Shown here piece by piece: positions 36,923 to 47,372 of a stretch of 47,372 bases of DNA. Position numbers and translations under genes: made by a program. The notes under the pieces were generated by a model. That model did not search any database. It worked only from the letters and a program-made list of their open reading frames with translations, and was not told the DNA's origin. Location of the stretch: positions 148,599,693-148,647,064 of the forward strand of contig NC_068983.1 of the NCBI RefSeq assembly GCF_001194135.2, read 5' to 3'. The stretch is from Octopus bimaculoides. Lineage: Eukaryota. Each line of letters begins with the position of its first letter. Position 1 is the first letter of the stretch.

Positions 36923-39900
36923 CTCCCTCTCCCTCTCTCTTTATTTCTCTCTCTTTCTCTCTCCCCCTTTCTCTCTCCCCCTTTCACTGTCCCCCTTTAT
37001 CTTTCTCTCTCTTTCTCTCGCCTTCTCTCTCTCCCTTTCTTTTATCACATACGCGAGCCCCCACGCACAAAGACGCGTGCGTGCGCTATTTCTATCTAAT
37101 TACGTATGTACACATTAACCCCCATTCTTATCTATGTCTTATATATGCTATGTATGTTTAAATATATGTGCGTGTGTGTGTGAGTGTTTATACACATACA
37201 CATACACACACACACGCACACATACACACGCACACAAACACACGCACACATACACACGCGTTTGAATGTCTGTGCATGTGTGTGTGTATGCATTGCTCCC
37301 TGATTATTATTGACGAAACTGGAATGTCAAATGCTGGGAACGATTAAATTCACTAATCTTCCCTAAAAAAAAATGCTAGATTTCATGATTATTTCAAGAA
37401 ATAGGTCGGTAAAATGTCATAATATTCAGTTTCGTTCCTCTAATTTGCGGGTTCACAATTCCTGCATGTTCTACTTTCACTTTTATCTCAGAAAAGTAAA
37501 AAAAAAGAAAAAAAAAGGAAACGAATGTCTATAATATTCTGGGGTTTGGAAATCGACTTTGCTCCCGTGTCCAAATATTAACGACTGATAATCTCCCTTT
37601 ACAATTTGCTTAATGCCTCGTCTAAAGAAATCACTCTCACTAGAAATTTCAAACTGAAATTTACCAGGATATTGATTTATGTCTTCTTTTCAACAACGAT
37701 CACCTTAGAATTTCTTACCCCAACTTAATTTGGAAACTGAATAATAAGAATAAAATTTAAAAAATAAAACAAGAGACAAACGTAAAAAAATAAGAAAAAG
37801 CAAAAATATAAATATGTGTGCAAAGAAATTTATAAAAAGAGTTTTATTTGAAGAGCGGCTACTGAGAAGATGAATATCATAACTTTTAAACACTTTTCGC
37901 GTGTGAGAGAGTCTGCGCGTGTGTGTGTGTGTGTGTGTGTCTGTGTGTGTGTGTGTGTGTGCGCGTATTTGCGCGCGCGCATTTGTACTGTTACATCTTT
38001 TTTAGTTCCTATCGATAATCATAACAAATTAGCTTCGCTAAGGAAAGTGATAAATCCCGTAGGAAAATATTATTATCGTTGGTTACGCATAGAAAGAACG
38101 CTTCTACATTGCCACCTTGTTTTATTGTAGTAGGTTACACACACAATTAAGCATCACATACATATTTAAAGAACATAATTCCTTACAGCATAAATTTATA
38201 GAAATAGTTCAGCCGAAACCTGATTCTCTGAAGACACAGTTAACAGTGTCAACTTGTCAGAGAAGAAAAAAAGATTTTCTTGTTTTTGCTTATCGAGATG
38301 TCATCAGATGAAGTATAAGTGCCTTCGAGAATTTTTACTTAATCATGTCATAGACTTCGTATTGTTCATTCTAAAGTGGCACAGTTATCAGGATATTACT
38401 TCTTAACTTTCAGTGACAAATTTATGTCAACGTTAACGCTATTTAGCATTTTACTAGGCCTATCAGAAAAATCTCGAGACTTGAAATTAATTCAAAATTT
38501 CTTTAATAATAAACCCAAGAACGGTTGTAGACATCTTGATGTAAAATTAATTTATACACAACAAAGAACATCGATTTTAAATGAAATTAAAGATATAGAA
38601 TATAATCTCTATGTAGTCATAAGAATTGGAATTTCTAAATATCTGAATCGGCTAAAGACAGTTCAAGAAAAGTATGCTGAGGAGAAATATTGATTTTCGA
38701 GATGACATTTTGGGAGAGGTTATAGTCAATTGTATTATGTATCCGTTTCAGTACTCGATTTGTACTTATTTTATTGACACCAGCAAGTTGAGAGGCTAAC
38801 AGGACATCCGAGATTTAAAGAAGATATAACTAGATAGTTCGTTCGTTGTTGTCGACAATGGCCAAAGGACATCATATGGGAGAAGAAGAAATAACTAAAA
38901 AAAACAGCAAGATGGTTGTTATGATGCTCTGTTGCTTATGTGGTATTACAACCTACACCTACAATTCTTTATTCTTTTGAATTGCTTCTGTTCATTATAA
39001 ACTATAGCCTCGGAACTGGCCGCAGTGGACTACGTTATCTGTTATCATCAGTGCATTGTTAATAGTGTAGACAACTTAGATGTTAACAGCTACCAGAGAA
39101 TAGATACAGACAGCTCGCTGCAGCTAGCAGCAGAACTGTGAAATTGATCTATATTTTTGTTAGCTTTCAGTTCAGAATTTACTTATGGTAACATGTCAGG
39201 AAAGAATGTATATGTACACGCTGAATTAAATAGATATACCACCCAACGAGACTCGCTAAGAGTCCTACTATGACTCAGGGTTTTGGAAACTCAAACATAT
39301 AGTATAGCTGATGCAGAAGTGGGATTCGCACAAACTCATACACAAAAATATACTCTTTATAATTGATGGAATCCCGTGCACGTTTTCATTTGTTGGAGAC
39401 AACTAGAACGAGATTCTGTTGGATTATAATAGTTCTGGCAGTCTGTACTGAGGAAAAACAGATACTTTCGTTAAGAAAGTGTTAATTTAGAAACCATGGT
39501 CTACAAATAACCGAGGTATTTATAATTTTCACTAGTCTCGCCCGCCTGTTTTTGCTCCGCTGAATTTTCTTTGAGAATTTTTAAGTGATCTTCATCTAGC
39601 ACATTANNNNNNNNNNNNNNNNNNNNNNNNNNNNNNNNNNNNNNNNNNNNNNNNNNNNNNNNNNNNNNNNNNNNNNNNNNNNNNNNNNNNNNNNNNNNNN
39701 NNNNNNNNNNNNNNNNNATATATATATATATATATACATACATACAAAAGTGTTGGAAATAATACATCGCGGCATTTGTTCCGATTCTTTCCACTCTTAG
39801 TCAGAATCCTACGAAGATCAACTTTGTCTCTCATTCCAGACCAGTGGATTAGCAGAGCTGTTCGAGTGCGGGAAAAGATGCCTAGCCTTATTTCATGCAA

Positions 39901-40050
39901 CTGTTTGCGTCCTGATTACAACATCTACGACGGCAGTTAAAAGCTGTGTCGGCTTTAGATAAGCATCGGTGATTTGGAGAGGAAAGAGTGAAGGCATTTA
40001 TTAAAAAACTATCTAATATTATGCTTAAGTGATCAACCTTGACTGATATA

Positions 40051-40065
<15 letters not shown>

Positions 40066-40137
<72 letters not shown>

Positions 40138-40200
40138 TCTCTCTCTATCTATCTATCTATCTCTCTATCTCTCTCTCTCTATCTCTCTCTCTCCCTCTAT
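40066..40200. repeat. (CT)n microsatellite
   Basis: Direct reading. Confidence 0.95.
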
Positions 40201-41723
40201 TTATCTCTCCACATATATGTATAATATATATACACACACACACGCACACAGACACACTAACACACACACACACGTATATGTGCATGTATATAATATATAT
40301 ATACAATATATTTGTAAATGTATATATATATATATAAATATATAAATAAATATATATATATATGTATATATATATAAATAAATATATNNNNNNNNNNNNN
40401 NNNNNNNNNNNNNNNNNNNNNNNNNNNNTATATATATATATATATATATATTTCTATATATGTTTCATCGACTACAAATAGATAACTGCAAATACGCATA
40501 TACGTACACACACACATATATATACACAAACACACATACATTCACATAACCCCCCATACACCCCCCCACAGACACACGTTTATATGATACGATATTTTGT
40601 ACAATTTCTCATCAGTTACTTGGAATATCACTTTAGCTTTCAATTTTTCACTTCCTCTTTAATATCCTCTTTTCTGTGGATTCTCTTCTCTCGATACTTT
40701 ATCTGTTTTGTGTGAGTAGGCATATATAGTTACATATTAACGTACATACATACATATATACATACATTACATACATACATGTGTGTGTGTGTTCGCGCGC
40801 GCGTATGTGTTTGTGTTTACGCGTGTGTACAATGTATGTGAGAAAACGTGTACATGAGATTACTTTTTAGTTGGCATTGAGAATATGGCACAGGAACAAA
40901 ACCGTCAGCGGTTATACGCTCTACGAATAATTTTGAAGGAAACATTGTGTCCATTTTGGTTTAATTTTGTTTTCTGTCTTGTTTATTTTGTTTTTGTTTT
41001 AGGTTTTTAACTTTAGTTTTTGCCAATGGCCTTAATAAGCGATTCCTTTAATTTAATCAGAAAAGTTATATCACGTGTTTAATGTCACGGAACTGCTATA
41101 GCTTATGAAACGGAAATCTACCGGTCGTTCAGCGGTAATCTGATACATAGAAGCATGAGAAGATGAGAAGATGAGAAGTTGAGAAGATTAAGTGTGCACT
41201 TGAGCTTGTTGTTAGCTGGAAACTGAGCGCAACCCGGAACGGTCAGAGTTAATATGCCGTATTTCGATGTGTTAAAAATGATGTTCTAGTAAGGATTTGA
41301 GAATAATTTAAACCGACTTCGAATTATTGACTTAACTTGCTGCTTCGGTGAATGTAATTGTTGGGTAGGTCATTGAGCTACACAATAGAAGAGACGGAGA
41401 CATGTCTGGAATAAGCTATTGTCTGCTCCAGACAAATAAATGATGGCTTCATTGTCATAGCAGAAGCAAAGGCTATGCTTAATATGAATCATATGAAAAA
41501 TTCACTTGAAGTTGATAAATAGCAATTTTAGTCAATTAGAAGCGAAACTTAATAAGATATTTAAGTGCTGTTTAAAGCCAACTCATTGACAGTGGCTTTG
41601 CTTCTTGATCATAAGCAATGATTGAAACAACTAGCCAGCTGCTTGTCTGTAATAACTCGAATCTCATACATCGACTTTCACACATATTTCTTTAATAACC
41701 TTATACACACACACACACACACA

Positions 41724-41763
<40 letters not shown>

Positions 41764-42893
41764 NNNNNNNNNNNNNNNNNNNNNNNNNNNNNNNNNNNNN
41801 NNNNNNNNNNNNNNNNNNNNNNNNNNNNNNNNNNNNNNNNNNNNNNNNNNNNNNNNNNNNNNNNNNNNNNNNNNNNNNNNNNNNNNNNNNNNNNNNNNNN
41901 NNNNNNNNNNNNNNNNNNNNNNNNNNNNNNNNNNNNNNNNNNNNNNNNNNNNNNNNNNNNNNNNNNNNNNNNNNNNNNNNNNNNNNNNNNNNNNNNNNNN
42001 NNNNNNNNNNNNNNNNNNNNNNNNNNNNNNNNNNNNNNNNNNNNNNNNNNNNNNNNNNNNNNNNNNNNNNNNNNNNNNNNNNNNNNNNNNNNNNNNNNNN
42101 NNNNNNNNNNNNNNNNNNNNNNNNNNNNNNNNNNNNNNNNNNNNNNNNNNNNNNNNNNNNNNNNNNNNNNNNNNNNNNNNNNNNNNNNNNNNNNNNNNNN
42201 NNNNNNNNNNNNNNNNNNNNNNNNNNNNNNNNNNNNNNNNNNNNNNNNNNNNNNNNNNNNNNNNNNNNNNNNNNNNNNNNNNNNNNNNNNNNNNNNNNNN
42301 NNNNNNNNNNNNNNNNNNNNNNNNNNNNNNNNNNNNNNNNNNNNNNNNNNNNNNNNNNNNNNNNNNNNNNNNNNNNNNNNNNNNNNNNNNNNNNNNNNNN
42401 NNNNNNNNNNNNNNNNNNNNNNNNNNNNNNNNNNNNNNNNNNNNNNNNNNNNNNNNNNNNNNNNNNNNNNNNNNNNNNNNNNNNNNNNNNNNNNNNNNNN
42501 NNNNNNNNNNNNNNNNNNNNNNNNNNNNNNNNNNNNNNNNNNNNNNNNNNNNNNNNNNNNNNNNNNNNNNNNNNNNNNNNATATATATAATTTTGGTGTG
42601 CGTGTTAGTATGTTAGAGAATGAAGTGCAATTCCACCATGAACTGGATTCGATAATCTGTAGCAATAATTTCTCATTAATCAAACTAGTAATTTCATATG
42701 GAATGCCACATATCACATACCTCAATGTATTCCAAGGGAGGAAATGGTAAAGTACCGCACTAAATACCTGACAATTTGAAGCCTGTCAGTCGTGCATGAC
42801 GTTTACATGTAAATATGCCTCGATATATATGTGGATATCGGTGTATGCACATATGATATGTGCGTAGATATACACATATATACACAGGGCTAT

Positions 42894-43106
42894 GAAGGTG
42901 CGTGGTTTTGTGGCTAAGGTATTCGTCTGACGATCATAAGGTCGTGAGTTCGATTCCCGACCGCGCGCTGTGACCTTGAGCAAGATTCTTTATTTCTCGT
43001 TGAGTTTTACCTGTTGTTCAAAGGGACAGCTTTTCTCATTCTGTGTGGAACGCTGAATTTCAGAGAACTATATTAAGGGTACGCGTGTCTTTGATGAGAC
43101 CCATCC
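42894..43106 (+). mobile_element. tRNA-derived SINE truncated by gap
   Basis: A-box TGGTTTTGTGG (42903-13), B-box GAGTTCGATTCCC (42946-58), GCTGTGACCTTGAGCAAG (42967-84). Downstream GAGAACTATATTAAGGGTACGCGTGTCT is shared with the 19143-19516 element. Confidence 0.75.
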
Positions 43107-43559
43107 NNNNNNNNNNNNNNNNNNNNNNNNNNNNNNNNNNNNNNNNNNNNNNNNNNNNNNNNNNNNNNNNNNNNNNNNNNNNNNNNNNNNNNNNNNNNNN
43201 NNNNNNNNNNNNNNNNNNNNNNNNNNNNNNNNNNNNNNNNNNNNNNNNNNNNNNNNNNNNNNNNNNNNNNNNNNNNNNNNNNNNNNNNNNNNNNNNNNNN
43301 NNNNNNNNNNNNNNNNNNNNNNNNNNNNNNNNNNNNNATATATATATATATATATATATATACATCCTTCAAAACTGTCCTTTCTCTTCATGCATTCAAA
43401 ATAAATCAGTACCCACAAATTTCTAACATTCAACAAAACACAAGTAGCATTGCTATCTCAAGATTGTTATTGCTATCCACAAAGCCATCCAAAGCTGTAT
43501 CCACAGAAAGTATAAGTGAATGTTGGCATAAAACCAACACGCTCAAAGTTCCATTCCGC

Positions 43560-43830
43560 ACACGTTTTGCATCCTTTCTGCATTTCCTATTCCTACTCTA
43601 ACACATAACTTCTGCCTGCCATCTTCAGACAAGCACTCCAGAGTTACCCGTTCTCCCTCTCTCATCACTCACGCTGTATCCAGCATGCCTAATTCCCATA
43701 CAAATCAGTACACCTAGTCTTGCTTCCCCAACAACCCCGATTTTGGAGAAGTCCAACTCTACATGTGTTTTCCATGCAGCTATCGACTTGCAACTGTTGA
43801 AGTAAACTTTTAACGACATCAGTAGTTTGG
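43560..43830 (+). mobile_element. Decayed CR1/L2-group LINE ORF2 3' end, copy 2
   Basis: RVTRSPSLITHAVSSMPNSHTNQYT*SCFP/FWRSPTLHVF/AAIDLQLLK*TFNDI shows the same terminal motif order as 27284-27555. Confidence 0.5.
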
Positions 43831-46648
43831 CCTCGCAAAATTTGTGCCCCCTTAATCCAGATCCGAGAAGTCATTATTACATGTAAGTGCGCTCATATTA
43901 AGGGTGATTTTATAACGAACAGGAGTTCAAAGTATGAAGTGTATAGGAGGTAAGGGGAATAAAATTATATCTATTCGGTTGATGTCTTATGCTGCTAATC
44001 GGAGTTACGATTTCTGGTGCAGTTTACGACAGTGATCTCTTCAACAAAAGCTTTAAAAAGAAACCACATTTGCCCAAATTGTCACACAATGGGATCCAAC
44101 CCAGGATCTCGTGAGTGTAAATCAAACAATAACATGTGTAAGTCTGTGCGCTCGCACAAACACATACACATACCCACACATATAAAGAGTATAAACACAC
44201 GGCTTATATGTGTGTTTGAGTTTACACATATATATTAATGTATATTAATACATAAACATACTCCATGTATGTGTACATGTGTATATGTACATATATGCAT
44301 GCAAAGAATATGTGCATGAGGCACACTTATTTTTGCTTGTATATACGAATGTAATTTAACAGAGTGCATGTGATTATACCGAACGTACAGCATACGTTTA
44401 TGTTCATACTATTGCGTATATTCACAAATACACACACACACATACATACATACATACATACATACATACACACACTCAGGAGCAATCATACAATTGTGTG
44501 TAAATGTCTATGTATGAAATCGTGTTTAATTGTCATAAGATATTTTCTGCCATTTTCTATTTCAAGTGAATAAAATGCTCCCATCTGAGTTAAGCTGAGC
44601 TTTAAAATTTAGAGTGAAAGAAAATATTTGACTGAATAGCAAAAGATTAAATTTCTTCAACAGAAGATATAAGAATTAATCCAACATCGAGCAGCAGATT
44701 CTTGATTTTTTTCAAATTCTCTATTGATTTGATCAAATTACTCCCTCACTATCAAATCCATTCGATCTCACCGTGAAAAAAAAATTCTGCCTTTCTCCCT
44801 CTCCTTTGCCTAAAACTGAAAGTAATCCAAATTTTGATACATTTATTTTTGTAGTGCGTATTCTCGTTCCGTTTGTTAGTTTGGGGGGAAAAAATTTAAC
44901 TATTTTATTCTATTTTATTTCATTATATTTTTATTCTATTTGTTTTACGATTTTGATTTTCACAATTTTCTTTTTAAATCAAAACTGCCAAATCGTGCTT
45001 GTATCTTGGTGCTGATATTTTTCCTCCGTTTTTAATCTAATTTTTTAAATCTCTGTTTTATGTACATTTCCTTCGATTTGTTTTTCTTTTTAAAATATTT
45101 TTCCCTTTTTTTCCAGTGGGGTTGAGTTGAGGTGAAATGAGTAGTGGAAAACTAGTGTTCGGCAACTTAGAAAATAATTATTGTGTCTCTCAGTTTCCAA
45201 TTTTCTCTTAATAAGTTCGTAAGTCCTCCGTTACAGAACAACTACAACCGAGGGAGGAGGAGAAAAATAACAAAAATAGAAGGTAACTAGGAACAGAAAA
45301 AAAATGTAAAAAGGAAAATAGAAAGAACGTAAAAGAGAAAAAGAAAGAAAGGAAAGAGAAAGGAATAAAAATATATTAGAAAGAAAGAAGGAAAAAGAAA
45401 GTGAAAAAAAAAGAGAGAAGAAAATGATGTAGTGTAATCTTGGGCTTATCACTGAGATTAAGCAGATATTTCTACGATGTCAGTACAGAAAAATCTGGTG
45501 TTATAGCTTGCCATAGTATCGTTCTGATGTGAGATTTGGTAATCGAGCGAAAAATAGTTAGACTAAACAGAAGGCAAACGATGAAGGGCTAGAGGAAAAG
45601 TGGAGGAGGAGGGGTGGAGTGGAAGGAAGGAAGGAAGGGGAGGAGGAGGAGGGGGAGGNNNNNNNNNNNNNNNNNNNNNNNNNNNNNNNNNNNNNNNNNN
45701 NNNNNNNNNNNNNNNNNNNNNNNNNNNNNNNNNNNNNNNNNNNNNNNNNNNNNNNNNNNNNNNNNNNNNNNNNNNNNNNNNNNNNNNNNNNNNNNNNNNN
45801 NNNNNNNNNNNNNNNNNNNNNNNNNNNNNNNNNNNNNNNNNNNNNNNNNNNNNNNNNNNNNNNNNNNNNNNNNNNNNNNNNNNNNNNNNNNNNNNNNNNN
45901 NNNNNNNNNNNNNNNNNNNNNNNNNNNNNNNNNNNNNNNNNNNNNNNNNNNNNNNNNNNNNNNNNNNNNNNNNNNNNNNNNNNNNNNNNNNNNNNNNNNN
46001 NNNNNNNNNNNNNNNNNNNNNNNNNNNNNNNNNNNNNNNNNNNNNNNNNNNNNNNNNNNNNNNNNNNNNNNNNNNNNNNNNNNNNNNNNNNNNNNNNNNN
46101 NNNNNNNNNNNNNNNNNNNNNNNNNNNNNNNNNNNNNNNNNNNNNNNNNNNNNNNNNNNNNNNNNNNNNNNNNNNNNNNNNNNNNNNNNNNNNNNNNNNN
46201 NNNNNNNNNNNNNNNNNNNNNNNNNNNNNNNNNNNNNNNNNNNNNNNNNNNNNNNNNNNNNNNNNNNNNNNNNNNNNNNNNNNNNNNNNNNNNNNNNNNN
46301 NNNNNNNNNNNNNNNNNNNNNNNNNNNNNNNNNNNNNNNNNNNNNNNNNNNNNNNNNNNNNNNNNNNNNNNNNNNNNNNNNNNNNNNNNNNNNNNNNNNN
46401 NNNNNNNNNNNNNNNNNNNNNNNNNNNNNNNNNNNNNNNNNNNNNNNNNNNNNNNNNNNNNNNNNNNNNNNNNNNNNNNNNNNNNNNNNNNNNNNNNNNN
46501 NNNNNNNNNNNNNNNNNNNNNNNNNNNNNNNNNNNNNNNNNNNNNNNNNNNNNNNNNNNNNNNNNNNNNNNNNNNNNNNNNNNNNNNNNNNNNNNNNNNT
46601 AGTGTGCTAGGTACACAGTATTGGGAGAAGATAAATAGAATAGATACG

Positions 46649-46820
46649 GTTTTAAGAGTGTCACGAAAGGCTGCCCAACCTTACCAGTTCTTTTACAGGG
46701 TTTAGAAGAACTGAAGTGCCGCTGTGTGAATCTGGGAGGGGCAATATGTTAAATAAAACCATAATTAAATGATCCTCTTGTATTTTCTTTTTCTCAAAGC
46801 CCAGAACTTTTCAGCACCCG
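46649..46820 (-). mobile_element. Diverged second copy of the mariner MITE (one TIR retained)
   Basis: Reverse complement GGGTGCTGAAAAGTTCTGGGCTTTGAGAAAAAGAAAATACAAGAGGATCATTTAATTAT...CTTTCGTGA aligns along 4364-4545. Confidence 0.8.
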
Positions 46821-47372
46821 GGTAAATTGTGAATGTAAAGTAGCCTGGATGTGGTAGTTTGTGTAGAAAGTCAATAGGACACCATATTAATTGCTATTTA
46901 GTATTTAACTCGCCTGCGATCATTTGTGTCCTAGGTCAGAACTAAACTGGCTCTAAGCATCAACTACAACAACAGAAACATAAATTATGGAGTGATAAAT
47001 GATATTTTACATTTGTTCTTCATATGTCAGAGCGGAATGACGACAGAAATGAAAGAGCGGTACGCTAAATGTTGTAATGATATTTGCGTCGCTTTCACTA
47101 CTCTCTGATTTCAAGATCGAATCCCACAATCATCAAATTTACTTTCCAATATTTGAAGAACAATTAATTCACTGACGTCAATACACAAGACTCTACACTT
47201 ACTCTATAAACAAGCAGCTCTCTGAGCCAATGAAGGAAACTTCTAAAATGAATAACTACATCTCCCGCAACTCACACCGAACTTTCTTTAATAGTTGTCT
47301 TAAATACAGTATAAGACGGTTTGGCACAGCCGTTTCGGCGCCGCCTTTTTGGCTTTGCTGATTCGACACAAT

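Larger units (their letters stand above)
660..46599. other. Twelve assembly gaps scattered across this span (about 4.47 kb of N)
   Basis: 660-1012, 10282-10466, 11306-11960, 13914-13923, 14640-15221, 18193-18202, 29164-29699, 39607-39717, 40388-40428, 41764-42580, 43107-43337, 45659-46599. Most abut microsatellites. Confidence 0.98.

Noticed and set aside
38376-38693. 105-aa plus-strand ORF
   Set aside because: AT-rich composition, GTG start, no recognisable domain or splice structure.
39500-39900. Minus-strand YKYLG motif and VDLRRILTKSG resembling R4 RT
   Set aside because: Only short motifs, split by a gap, and in the reverse of the order expected in R4 ORFs.
41155-41190. Four tandem TGAGAAG(A/T) units
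   Set aside because: Short simple tandem repeat without spacers; not CRISPR-like.
642-46705. Long ORFs in the track spanning N runs or poly-CV/IY/TH/N/I/S/L tracts
   Set aside because: Artefacts of gaps and di-/tri-nucleotide microsatellites; no real coding content.

Overview
AT-rich eukaryotic non-genic DNA (intergenic or inside a large intron). About 4.5 kb of it is 12 assembly gaps, and it is dense in (AT)n/(GT)n/(TAA)n/(GATA)n microsatellites. The SINE repertoire and composition look coleoid-cephalopod (octopus-like); that is inference from recalled repeat families, not a search result. No intact protein-coding gene, rRNA, tRNA or CRISPR array is supportable. Nearly all listed ORFs are microsatellite or N-run artefacts. 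The supportable content is mobile DNA: at least three tRNA-derived SINE families including a head-to-tail trimer, two L1/Tx1-like LINE 3' ends, two CR1/L2-group LINE 3' ends, an R4/Dong-like reverse-transcriptase relic abutting a (TAA)n array, two copies of a mariner-derived MITE, and a 274-bp fold-back element. The most interesting within-window signal is that the 3' tail of one SINE subfamily is collinear with the 3' end of the Tx1-like LINE, suggesting a SINE/LINE partnership. Weaker leads are a decayed unidentified reading frame (about 7.7-8.3 kb) and a degenerate hammerhead-like motif (about 4.2 kb). I did not find a convincing new multi-gene system.
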